The notes below the pieces were generated by a model that was given only the letters and a program-made list of their open reading frames with translations, searched no databases and was not told the DNA's origin. The position numbers were made by a program, and so were the translations under genes. 64,000 nucleotides of DNA from Bacteroidaceae bacterium. Its GTDB lineage: Bacteria; Bacteroidota; Bacteroidia; Bacteroidales; Bacteroidaceae. The DNA lies in the NCBI GenBank assembly GCA_017471185.1, contig JAFUVZ010000050.1, positions 27,974-91,973 of the forward strand, read 5' to 3'. Below, piece by piece: positions 48,461 to 58,550 of the stretch (positions are counted from its first letter, which is position 1; each line of letters starts with the position of its first letter).

Positions 48461-51400
48461 TTATAAGTCCTTCCCCTCCGCTGCCATTGGATAGTTTTCA
48501 GTTTCTTCATCCAGTTGGATGTAAGGAACAGGAGCTTGTTCTGAAGGTTCTGTATAGAAGTTATCCTCATCATCAGCCCACTTGTTACATTGCGCCATAA
48601 CGGTTTGGAGAGCCTGTTCCTGTCCCTCTGGTGGGTATTTATATTTCTTCAGGAGGCGTTTCACTAATACACGCATTTTGGCCCTTGCCGATTCCTTATG
48701 GTTCCAGTCGATGGTGCGATTCTTGCGCAAAGTCTCAGTAAGTTCTTTGGTCAATGCCACAAACTGTTCGTCAGTATAGGCATCACGAATACCAGCTGGT
48801 GATGACAAAGCATCATAGAATGCCTTTTCCTCTACCGTCAAGCCCAGTTCATTGCCTTCCTCCTCCGTCTTCTTGATTTCTGCTGCCATTTTCAGCAGTT
48901 CCTCAATCACCTCTACATTGGTAAGCATGCCCTTCAGGTAGTTCGACAAAGCATTGTTCATCAAGTCGCTGAATTTCTGGCTTTGCACAATGTTGGTACG
49001 TTCAAATTTGTGGATACGCTCCTTCAACAGCATTTGCAGCAACTGAACAGCCAGGTTCTTTTCTTTCATCTTCTTCAACTCAGCCAAGAAACCTTCGTCG
49101 AATAATGAGAACTCTTTCGTATCAAAAAGATTGATGACCCCTTTGCTCTGAATACTCTGCTCCAGCAAATGAGCTATTCTCTCATTGATTTCTTTCTTCG
49201 TCACTTTGGTGCCACCTTGTGAGAAACGTATCAACATTATCCTCACGGCATCCATAAATGAAACTTCCAACTTATCATGCTAAGAAAGTAATGATTTGCA
49301 TAATGTTTGTGCATTATGCAACAACTGACTCTCCTTGATGTAGTCCTTCATCTGCTCTTGTCTGTCAGGAGCCAGCCAGTAGTTCACCCCACCCTTGATA
49401 AGTTTTGATTTCTCAGCGTCAGAGCCTTCAAACCATCCAGCATAGTCAAACCCATGCAGCAAGTCGCGACAGATTTCCAGTTTCTCTTGGAATTTCACAA
49501 GTGCAGTCTTCGTGATGTCAGGATCACCAAACTGTTTCTTATCACGATTGGTATAGTCCTGCATCGCCTGTTTCAAAGCCTGGGCAATACCCACATAGTC
49601 CACTATCAAGCCTCCCTCTTTTTCAGGGAACACACGATTCACACGAGCTATGGCTTGCATCAGGTTGTGGCCCTTCATGGGCTTATATACATACATTGTG
49701 GCCAATGAAGGCACATCAAAGCCTGTGAGCCACATATCCACAACAATAGCAATCTTCATCGGACTTTCATCATCCTTGAAGAGAGCTGCATATTCCTTGT
49801 TCTTCCTGGCGTTAATAATCTCGTGCCACTCTTCTTTGTCAGTATTGGCAGCACTTGCCACCACATGCACTTTCTCAGTCCAATCGGGACGCAATGCCAA
49901 AATTCGTTTATATATCTTTACGGCAGCTTCTTTGTTGTAGGCCACAATCATCGCCTTGCCTGTCAGTTCGTACTGACGGTTCTCTTCGTAGTGCTTCAAG
50001 ATGTCCTCCACCAGACTATTGATGGTATCTTGATGACAAAGAATCTCTTTCAGTCCGCTGTGGTCCTGACGAGCTTTGTTGATTTGTTCATCAGTAGCCC
50101 CTTCCTCTGCCAGTTTGTCAAATTCCTCATCCAGTTTTCTGAGGGCTTCCTCATTGAGGTTGAGGTTGATTACACGACTTTCATAATACACAGGCCTTGT
50201 AGCTCCATCCGCCACAGCTTGTGTCATATCATACACATCGATATAGTCGCCAAACACCTCTTTGGTGTCCCTGTCACGCTCAGAAATAGGAGTTCCTGTA
50301 AAGCCTATGAATGAAGCATGAGGCAATGCTTCGTGCATCAGCAGGGCAAAGCCCTTCTTCATCTTTTCAGCCTTGCTGTCCCAATGCTCGTCACCATATT
50401 GTGAACGATGAGCTTCATCAGTTATCACGATGATATTTTCACGTTCCGACAATACCCCAGTACCCTCCTCAAACTTCTGTATGGTAGTAAATATGATGCC
50501 ACCAGTTTGCAAGTCTTTCAGCTTTCGCACCAGGTCCTCACGCCCTGCAGTTTTGGTTAGTTTGCCCTTTTCGTTCAAATCGAAACCCACACGCTGAGGT
50601 TCTTGTCGCAAGAATTTCTGACAACCGGCAAACTGCTCATACAGTTGTTGGTCAAGGTCGTTTCTATCTGTCACCACCACAATGGTACATTGCGGATATT
50701 CCTGTATCAGTCGATGCACATAGAACACCATCGAGAGACTCTTGCCTGAGCCTTGTGTATGCCAGAACACACCAATCTTCCCATCACCACCAACGGCAGT
50801 AGCCGTATGCTCCATAGCCTTGTTTACGGCAAAATACTGGTGGTAGGCAGCCATAATCTTTGCCAGTCGCCCGTCTTTATGGTCAAAGCATTCAAAGTTG
50901 TGTAATATGTCAATCAACCTTTCTTTCTGGAATATACCCTTGAAGAAAGTTTCATAATCGGCTATGTCACTGGTTTCTATCTTACCATCCACCGTTTTCC
51001 ACTCCATAAACCTATTTTCCTTTGCGGTAATGGTTCCTGCCTTGCTGGTCAGCATATCGCTGATTACGCTGAAGGCATTATACACAAACAGGCTTGGGCA
51101 TTTCTGCTGATATTGCTTGATTTGCAAGTAGGCATCTTCCTCGCTTGCCTCTTCGCTTGTTGGCGATTTCAGCTCAATCACCACCAACGGCAGTCCGTTT
51201 ATGAACACCACTATGTCGCAGCGTATAGGTTCATGCTCCACCACACGCCATTGGTTGCACACCTTGAAGTGGTTGTTCAGAGGCTCGTCAAAGTTTATCA
51301 ATCGCACCAATGCCGTCTTTGCACGACCATCCTGTGTATATTTCACCTCCACCCCATTCTGCAGGTAGTCCATCAGCTGTTCGTTGCGTTGCTCCAAGAT

Positions 51401-51622
51401 GCCCTCGTTCACATGCGTTACCAGACGATAGGCTTCATGCAGCACCTCATTGCTCAGCATGGGATTGAGTTGTCGCAACGCCTTCTGCAAGTCGGCTCCA
51501 TAGAACGGCTCGCGATAGTCACGCTCCACATCGTAGCCACACGCATACTCATATCCCATTTCTTGGAACAGTTGTATCAGTGTCTGCTCGTAGCTATCTT
51601 CTATATACATATTGGTGCTCAT
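48461..51622 (-). pseudogene. hsdR: Type I restriction subunit R interrupted by one in-frame TAG (49280-49282)
   Basis: D..VFINGLPLVVIELK nuclease, HTQGSGKS, DEAHR, FTGTP, LTGFD, QAIARVNR; frame continues ...SLLS*HDKLEVSF into the C-terminal KYKYPP region. Confidence 0.88.
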
Positions 51623-51625
51623 AGT

Positions 51626-52501
51626 TCAATCCTCCTGCTCATAAAAATATGAATAGTCAATGCCCTTCATAAAGATTTCACGGTCATCAATCTTATCTGT
51701 CATAGCCCCTTTCAGCAAATCTTTGATTGGTTTGGCATCAGTAGTGCTCTTGCGCATAGCCTCCAGATAGTCTTTCTTGTCTATCTTGCTCCAATCCACA
51801 CACAACTTCAGGCGTTTCTTGAAAATCAAGTCAAGCCAGATGCGTGTGCTTCGCCCATTACCTTCCATAAAGGGATGTGCCACATTCATCTCCACATATT
51901 TGTCGGCTATCTCATCAAAGGTAGTCTCAGGCATATTCTCAATAATTCCCAGATTATACTTCAGGTATTCAGCACGGCAAAACATCGTACCATCCTTCCA
52001 AATGGTCTTGGTACGAATCTGCCCGGTGAAGTCATAAAGACCACCAAAGAGGTAAGCATGAATCTGCTGAAGGCTTTCGATGGTGCCTGGGTTCATGCTA
52101 TCTAACAAACCACTTTCAATGAGTGTATAGGCTTTCTTCTTACTTTGCCCGTCTATGCTGTTATCGCTATAAGTGAACCAATGAAGGAAAGCGTTCGCAC
52201 GATTGTTAGGATAGTTTTGAGCCAAAATCTGCACACAATCTGCATCCAACGCATCAGCAAATCTCTGCTTGCCATCAGGAGCCTCGAATTTGAAGTCGTG
52301 AGTGACGCTCACGAGTTGAATGCCATTTGTAGTAAATTTCTTTTTCAACCATCGCCAATAGTTACCAGCTTTCACATAGTCATCCTCATTATTGATGGCA
52401 CGCACAATATCCGTAGCCGAGAACCACCACTTGCTATGTTCCTCGTCCCAAACGGCTCGCACTTCGCGATCATTGAAAAACCTTATCGACTTTTTGCTCA
52501 T
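51626..52501 (-). CDS. Fic-domain protein with Bro-N-like N-terminus
   Basis: Canonical HPFMEGNGRSTR; N-terminal VRAVWDEE..KWWFS..DIV. Confidence 0.9.
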   Translation of the reverse strand: MSKKSIRFFNDREVRAVWDEEHSKWWFSATDIVRAINNEDDYVKAGNYWRWLKKKFTTNGIQLVSVTHDFKFEAPDGKQRFADALDADCVQILAQNYPNNRANAFLHWFTYSDNSIDGQSKKKAYTLIESGLLDSMNPGTIESLQQIHAYLFGGLYDFTGQIRTKTIWKDGTMFCRAEYLKYNLGIIENMPETTFDEIADKYVEMNVAHPFMEGNGRSTRIWLDLIFKKRLKLCVDWSKIDKKDYLEAMRKSTTDAKPIKDLLKGAMTDKIDDREIFMKGIDYSYFYEQED

Positions 52502-52515
52502 AACTACCTCACTTT

Positions 52516-53595
52516 TTAGTTTACTTTCAGTTCTCCTGACATCAGCTTTGGCAAGAGGGTATCGCGAAGTTCTGCAAGGCGACGGGATTCAATCTTATTA
52601 TGCTTTATGATTAAGTATAACTTATATACAATGCTATTAAATCTATTAATAGTTAGTTTGTCAGGTATAATCATTTTCATATTATTCAAAATTTCAGTTG
52701 TCATGCTCGGAACAGCAGAACCAGCATTTAATGATAACAGATCTATATTTTTAAGAAACAAAAAAACAAAAAGCATAATATCCGCAATTCTTGGAATACT
52801 ATAAAACATTGTATCAACCGTCCAAAAAGCCTCATTAACATACATTACATTATTCAAAGTTCCCTTTCTCGGTATTAAAACAGACTCTCCTGTAAATAAT
52901 GATTTTTCTGCATATCTCATTAAACCTCCAGATCCATAAACAGGAATTATTCCATCCACAAGTTTCTTATGGTCTTTACCATATTTTACTTCAATTAATT
53001 CGCTGAGTTTACCTACTCTCCATCCTTTCGGAATCATTCCTAATTCACTCTCCACAAACTCACCATTTCGGAAGGGCTTAAAATCAACAAACCAAGACTT
53101 AAACAACGCTTGTGCTTGCTGCTCTAAATTATCGTTTATCCGCCTGTTCACCTCGATTTTGTCATCAAGGGATTTGATTATAGCTGAAACTTTCTTCTGA
53201 TAAGAAATAGATGGCAGGCGAATAGGCTGTTTGGATAGAGTCTGTACAGAAATGCCAGGCTGTGCTGATTGGGCTGAAAGATTTCCTAAGTGCATTAAGG
53301 AGAGAAGACAAGCAAGGAAACGAGTGTCGGCAAGTTCATTACCAACAGCAACAACAGCATGTTCGGTCATATAAGCTTCCCCCTCAAAGAAACGTACATT
53401 ACCGCAATAAGCCCCTTGGCGACCTATAACAGCAGCTTGTCCTTCAAAGTTAGGCACGTCAGCGTATCCTCGAACTCCATTACCTCCAATCACAGGATAT
53501 TTACCAGAATTGAAAACAGAGTCTGCTTTTATGCCTTTACCACTCCTTAAACGGGAACAGACATCTCCAAGTTTATATTCTTTCCATTCTTCCAT
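52516..53595 (-). CDS. hsdS: Type I RM specificity subunit
   Basis: EWKEYKLG, LDDKIEVNRRINDNLEQQAQALFKSWF, IPKGW, LRDTLLPKLMSGE. Confidence 0.93.
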   Translation of the reverse strand: MEEWKEYKLGDVCSRLRSGKGIKADSVFNSGKYPVIGGNGVRGYADVPNFEGQAAVIGRQGAYCGNVRFFEGEAYMTEHAVVAVGNELADTRFLACLLSLMHLGNLSAQSAQPGISVQTLSKQPIRLPSISYQKKVSAIIKSLDDKIEVNRRINDNLEQQAQALFKSWFVDFKPFRNGEFVESELGMIPKGWRVGKLSELIEVKYGKDHKKLVDGIIPVYGSGGLMRYAEKSLFTGESVLIPRKGTLNNVMYVNEAFWTVDTMFYSIPRIADIMLFVFLFLKNIDLLSLNAGSAVPSMTTEILNNMKMIIPDKLTINRFNSIVYKLYLIIKHNKIESRRLAELRDTLLPKLMSGELKVN

Positions 53596-53638
53596 AAATG
53601 AGAATTTACTATTTATATTCTTTCCACTCCTCCATCGC

Positions 53639-54625
53639 TTAATTCTGCTGATTAATTAAATTCACCACTACTTTCACCATTACATCCTTCTCCTCCGTCT
53701 TGCTCTCGGCAATCATCAAAGTAAGTGCCACAAGGGTATTATCAGCTATACGCTTGCTGCCGTCAGCCCGATAGAGGATGCCGTTGTTATTGAGGAACCA
53801 CAAAAACTTTGTGGCAGCAATACGTTTGTTGCCATCGCTGAAAGAATGGTTTTTCGTCACCAAATATAACAACATAGCAGCCTTCTCTTCCACACTTGGA
53901 TATAGGTCCTTACCTCCAAAAGTCTGGTAAATCTGCCCTATGCTGCTTTTAAAAGAATCGTCCTTCTCGTTGCCAAAGAGTGCACTTCCTCCAAACTTCT
54001 CGCGCAGAGCATTGATGGTCTCCATCGCATTCTCGTAAGTAGCATGGAAGGGTTCTTCTTTTGTCGTCTTGTCAATGACAAGCCGTTGATAATCGTAGTT
54101 ATCAAGGGTATCAAGGGCATAGGTGTAGTCAGTAACCACCTCAAACAATGTATTGGTTTCGTCATTTGAAAGTACTGGCTGGCTCTGAATAGTGCGACTT
54201 AACAAGCCCACCAGCTGACGCAACTCTGCCATCTGCTCACTATGAATACGTTGATTTACGGCATAGCCTTTAACGAGGTATTCCCTCAAGATGCGATTTG
54301 CCCACTGGCGGAATTTTATACCTCGTTTAGAATTAACACGATAACCCACAGAAATAATCATATCCAGATTAAAGAATGGAATCGCTCGTTTTATTGTTCT
54401 TTTACCTTCAATTTGAACTTGTGCAATTTTTGCACAGGTTGAATCTCTGTCCAACTCTTCAACCTTGTATATATTGTTAATATGACGAACTATCGAAGTG
54501 CGATCTGTCTGGAACAATTCAGCCATCTGAGCCTGAGTCAGCCACACCGTGTCATTCTCCAAACGCACATCAATCTGTGTTTGTCCGTCTTCCGTTTGAT
54601 ATATTACTATCTTGTTTTCTTCCAT
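53639..54625 (-). CDS. RhuM-like + Fic/Doc fusion protein
   Basis: TVWLTQAQMAELF, NLDMIISVGYRVNS..G..FRQWA (RhuM-like); KNHSFSDGNKRIA (Doc-type). Confidence 0.9.
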   Translation of the reverse strand: MEENKIVIYQTEDGQTQIDVRLENDTVWLTQAQMAELFQTDRTSIVRHINNIYKVEELDRDSTCAKIAQVQIEGKRTIKRAIPFFNLDMIISVGYRVNSKRGIKFRQWANRILREYLVKGYAVNQRIHSEQMAELRQLVGLLSRTIQSQPVLSNDETNTLFEVVTDYTYALDTLDNYDYQRLVIDKTTKEEPFHATYENAMETINALREKFGGSALFGNEKDDSFKSSIGQIYQTFGGKDLYPSVEEKAAMLLYLVTKNHSFSDGNKRIAATKFLWFLNNNGILYRADGSKRIADNTLVALTLMIAESKTEEKDVMVKVVVNLINQQN

Positions 54626-54633
54626 TTTACTAC

Positions 54634-56139
54634 TTAAATCTTATAGCCAATACTTCCCAGTTGTTTCTTGATTTCCTCCTCCAAGCGATGACTCTCAGCA
54701 AAGAGTCCGCTCAGTTCGGAGGTGAGGCGATTCATCTTTTCAGCAAAAGGCTCGCCATCATCTTCTTGTGCTGCTATGCCTACATAACGCCCAGGGGTAA
54801 GGATGAAGTCCTGTGCCTGAATATCCAACAATGACTTCACTGCACAATAGCCTGCCTCGTCTTCAAGGGTACCATTACGATAGCTCTCAAAAGTATCTGC
54901 TATTATTTGGATATCATCAGCCATCAGTTCACGAACGGCACGAGTGACCATCGTACCCATATTGCGAGCATCGATGAACAACACCTTGCCTGGTTGCTGT
55001 TTGTGGCGCGACAGGAACCATAAAGATACTGGAATGCCTGTGCTATAGAACAACTGCGAAGGGAGGGCAATGATGCCTTCCACCAAATCGGCTTCTATGA
55101 TGCGCTGACGGATATCTCCTTCCCCACCCGTTTGTGAACTTAATGCACCATTGGCCAATACCAAACCGATACGGCCTATGGGCGAAAGGTGGTGTATCAT
55201 GTGCTGCATCCAGGCGAAGTTGGCATTGCCAGCTGGTGGCAAACCGAATTTCCAACGTGGGTCTTTCTCCAGCTTGTCGGCTCCCCAATCGCTCAGATTG
55301 AAGGGCGGATTGGCCATGATGAAGTCAGCTTTCAACGTGGGGTGCTGGTCGTTGAAGAACGTATCAGCATAACTCTGCCCTAAGTTGGCTTCCAAGCCAC
55401 GAATGGCCACATTCATGTGTGCCATCTTCCAAGTGCTGGGGTTGGCTTCCTGACCATAAACACTGATATTGTTGATGTCTTTCTGATGGTTCTTGATGAA
55501 CTTGGCACTCTGCACAAACATACCTCCAGAGCCACAGCAAGGGTCATAAACGCGACCTTGATAGGGCTGCAAAATCTCAACAATGGTGCGCACGATGCAA
55601 CTGGGCGTATAGAATTCGCCTGCATTCTTACCTTCCATTGAAGCAAACTTCTGCAAGCAGTATTCATAGACACGACCTAAGAGGTCTTTCTCATCGCCAG
55701 ATGCCAGCATGTGGATATTGGTAAAAAGGTCCACCACATCGCCCAAACGGCGCTTGTCGAGTTCAGGACGAGCATAGTTGCCTGGCAAGACGCCTCTCAA
55801 CTTTGGGTTCTCTCGCTCAATGGCTTGCAAGGCATCATCAATAATCTGGCCTATCTGTGGAGTATGTGCTGCTTTGCTGATTACATCCCATCGCGCATCT
55901 TGTGGCACGAAGAACACACCATCGGCTTCGTACTCATCTTTGTCCTCCACATCGGCATATTCATCTGCCTGTAGTTCGGCAAACTTAGCCTCAAACTTAT
56001 CGCTGATGTATTTCAGGAAAATCAGTCCCAACACCACACCTTCATACTCAGAAGCGTTCAAGTTGCCACGCAGTTTATCGGCAGCTCGCCATATTGCATT
56101 CTCAAATCCTATTGAGGTAGTATTATCTTTCTTTGCCAT
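54634..56139 (-). CDS. hsdM: Type I RM N6-adenine methyltransferase
   Basis: IWRAADKLRG, GEFYTP, YDPCCGSGGMF, NPPF, LTPGRYVG. Confidence 0.96.
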   Translation of the reverse strand: MAKKDNTTSIGFENAIWRAADKLRGNLNASEYEGVVLGLIFLKYISDKFEAKFAELQADEYADVEDKDEYEADGVFFVPQDARWDVISKAAHTPQIGQIIDDALQAIERENPKLRGVLPGNYARPELDKRRLGDVVDLFTNIHMLASGDEKDLLGRVYEYCLQKFASMEGKNAGEFYTPSCIVRTIVEILQPYQGRVYDPCCGSGGMFVQSAKFIKNHQKDINNISVYGQEANPSTWKMAHMNVAIRGLEANLGQSYADTFFNDQHPTLKADFIMANPPFNLSDWGADKLEKDPRWKFGLPPAGNANFAWMQHMIHHLSPIGRIGLVLANGALSSQTGGEGDIRQRIIEADLVEGIIALPSQLFYSTGIPVSLWFLSRHKQQPGKVLFIDARNMGTMVTRAVRELMADDIQIIADTFESYRNGTLEDEAGYCAVKSLLDIQAQDFILTPGRYVGIAAQEDDGEPFAEKMNRLTSELSGLFAESHRLEEEIKKQLGSIGYKI

Positions 56140-56342
56140 AATCTAAAAAACGATTACCCAATCAACGTTTCAGTATCTTTTTATACCGTTATATAATTAA
56201 CCTACAAATATAATGGATTTTGGGTAAAGAATCAACAAAGAGTGTGTTTTTTCTGCATTAACTACAATCAAAGGATTTGGATTAAAGACTTTCATCATTG
56301 CCTTTAGCTTAGCTTTTGTGTAGGTAAAATCGTCCATTTTGA

Positions 56343-56585
56343 AAAAAAGTCTTCACTCTTCATAAAACGCACTTAACATGCTGTACTACTGCATATTAAC
56401 AGCATGAAGTGTTGTTTCAGCACTTCATAAGTTTTCATTAGTCTTCATAGGTTTTCATGGCTTGTGCTTGCTGGTTTTGGTGAGGAGTCATGAAGAGGTA
56501 TGAAGTGGCAAACAAACACTTCATGTACTTAAACACGTTATTATCAAAACTTTAAGTACTCCTTATGAAGAGTGATGACTTTTTT
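56343..56585. repeat. Symmetric non-coding element with inverted, phased CTTCAT arrays
   Basis: 22/23-bp IR 56343-56365/56563-56585; inner IR 56403-56429/56499-56525; TTCAT at 56424, 56434, 56444, 56454. Confidence 0.8.
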
Positions 56586-56611
56586 GTGAAATGGTGTGTT
56601 TCAACGGGTTC

Positions 56612-56791
56612 CTGAGCGGAATTCTCTCGAGAATCATGCCGCTTAGTGCGGGTAAGCAGGGCGTTTAGTTCAGGTTAAAGGGTCGTTTACTTCAAGTAAT
56701 CGGCCTGATACTTGCTAACTATAGACTTGATACTTACTAACAATAGGCTTGATACTTGCTAACCTATGACTTGCTTACTCTAATCCATAGG
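56612..56791. repeat. ATTCTC-TC-GAGAAT palindrome followed by seven degenerate 22-bp units
   Basis: Units begin at 56638, 56660, 56682, 56704, 56726, 56748, 56770; three share TGATACTT(G/A)CTAAC. Confidence 0.75.
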
Positions 56792-56953
56792 GTTATGAAC
56801 ATAAATTCACAGCAGATTGTGCTGAAGAATCTGTTGTCTTCAGCTGATGTGAAGTGTCATTGGACAGACAAAACCTTGAAATAATGCAAAAAAAGGAGTA
56901 AATTTGCAATTATTTTGAGAAGATAATGCAAATAATCATACAATAAGAAGAAT

Positions 56954-57403
56954 ATGAAGAAGATACTGTTTGTTTGTCATGGGAATATTTGTCGGAGTCC
57001 GATGGCGGAGTTTGTGATGAAAGATCTGGTGGAGAAGGCAGGACTGGAAGACCAGTTCTATATAGAGTCAGCTGCTACATCAACAGAAGAGATTGGCAAT
57101 GAGGTGTATCCCCCTGCCAAACGCAAACTGGGTGAACATGGTATTTCATGTAAGGGTAAGACGGCTCGCCAGATGACAAGAAACGATTACCAACGTTTTG
57201 ACTTACTGATAGGTATGGACGATTGGAACATTCGCAACATGACACGCATTGCAGGTGGCGACCCAGAAGGGAAAATACACAAGCTATTAGATTACACCTC
57301 CCGAAAAGGCAATGTGGCAGACCCTTGGTACACAGGAGATTTTGAAGCCACCTGGATAGATGTAATCGAAGGATGCCAGGAGTTGCTTAAGAGGCTATCT
57401 TAA
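56954..57403 (+). CDS. Low-molecular-weight protein-tyrosine phosphatase
   Basis: VCHGNICRSP, DPWY; TAAATTTG box at 56899. Confidence 0.95.
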   Translation: MKKILFVCHGNICRSPMAEFVMKDLVEKAGLEDQFYIESAATSTEEIGNEVYPPAKRKLGEHGISCKGKTARQMTRNDYQRFDLLIGMDDWNIRNMTRIAGGDPEGKIHKLLDYTSRKGNVADPWYTGDFEATWIDVIEGCQELLKRLS

Positions 57404-57447
57404 CCATCAATCATGGAAGCTAAGCCTCTAAGCTACTTATTACCTAT

Positions 57448-58467
57448 TCAGATACTTACCCTTGAATAAGCTGGCGCATCAATCGGACAGAAATCCTTGT
57501 CCTGATATTTGTAATAGCCGGTAATGGCTATCATGGCGGCATTATCGGTGGTGTAGCTGAACTTAGGAATGAAAATCTTCCATCCGTATCGCTTGGCGTG
57601 ATCATGAAAAGCGTTACGCAAGCCGTTATTGGCTGACACACCGCCAGCTAAGGCTACTTCCTTGATTCCGTATTGCTTAGCCGCCTTGCGGAGCTTATCC
57701 ATCAGGATATCCACGATAGTTGCTTCCAATGAAGCAGCCAGGTCAACTTTGTGATGCTCAATGAAATCGGGATCATCTTTCAGCCATTCTTTTAAAGAAT
57801 AAAGAAACGAGGTCTTCAAGCCGCTGAAGCTATAATCCAGTCCGGGAATATGTGGCTTGCTGAAAGTGAAAGCCTTAGGGTTCCCCTGACGAGCCAGTTT
57901 ATCGATAATAGGTCCGCCAGGATAGCCCAAACCCATCACCTTGGAACATTTGTCAATGGCTTCGCCAGCCGCATCATCAATGGTCTGGCCTAAAATCTCC
58001 ATATCATTATAAGCCTTGACTAAAACAATCTGTGAGTTTCCTCCTGAAACCAACAGGCAGAGAAAAGGGAAAGAAGGCTGTTCGCTATCTTCTCCTTCTA
58101 CTTTAATGAAATTAGCCAAAACATGACCTGTCAAATGGTTAACGTCAATCAATGGTATGCCTAAAGAGCAAGCCATACCCTTAGCGAAAGATACTCCTAC
58201 CAGCAATGAACCCATCAGGCCCGGCCCTCTGGTAAAGGCGATGGCACTCAGTTCCTCTTTGCTTACCCCTGCCCTTTTCAAAGCCTCATGTACTACAGGC
58301 ACGATGTTCTGCTGGTGAGCTCTTGAAGCCAATTCAGGAACCACACCACCATAAGCCTCATGCACAGCTTGGCTGGCCACGACATTTGAAAGAAGAAAGC
58401 CGTCCTTAATCACGGCGGCTGAAGTATCGTCACACGATGATTCTATGCCTAAAATAATTGTACTCAT
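57448..58467 (-). CDS. tsaD: tRNA N6-adenosine threonylcarbamoyltransferase
   Basis: LGIESSCDDT, GGVVPELASRAH, VSGG, DDAAGE, FSFSGLKT-like, GGVSAN, TDNAAMI. Confidence 0.97.
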   Translation of the reverse strand: MSTIILGIESSCDDTSAAVIKDGFLLSNVVASQAVHEAYGGVVPELASRAHQQNIVPVVHEALKRAGVSKEELSAIAFTRGPGLMGSLLVGVSFAKGMACSLGIPLIDVNHLTGHVLANFIKVEGEDSEQPSFPFLCLLVSGGNSQIVLVKAYNDMEILGQTIDDAAGEAIDKCSKVMGLGYPGGPIIDKLARQGNPKAFTFSKPHIPGLDYSFSGLKTSFLYSLKEWLKDDPDFIEHHKVDLAASLEATIVDILMDKLRKAAKQYGIKEVALAGGVSANNGLRNAFHDHAKRYGWKIFIPKFSYTTDNAAMIAITGYYKYQDKDFCPIDAPAYSRVSI

Positions 58468-58550
58468 ACCTATTTTTTCATTTTGCGGCTACAAAATTAG
58501 TGATAATGTATCAATCATTTCATTAAAATGAGTAATTTTGTTTCGGTAAA

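Noticed and set aside
48461-49270. Independent 269-aa gene
   Set aside because: In frame with hsdR and corresponds to its C-terminal domain after a premature TAG.
49280-49282. Genetic-code reassignment of TAG or pyrrolysine
   Set aside because: TAG terminates several intact genes at expected positions, and no pyl genes or suppressor tRNA are in the window.
52516-53635. Invertible hsdS shufflon
   Set aside because: Only one hsdS, no inverted silent copies and no recombinase; the duplicated 5' block is a direct repeat.
56638-56791. Possible CRISPR array
   Set aside because: Units are contiguous 22-mers with no unique spacers and no cas genes in the window.
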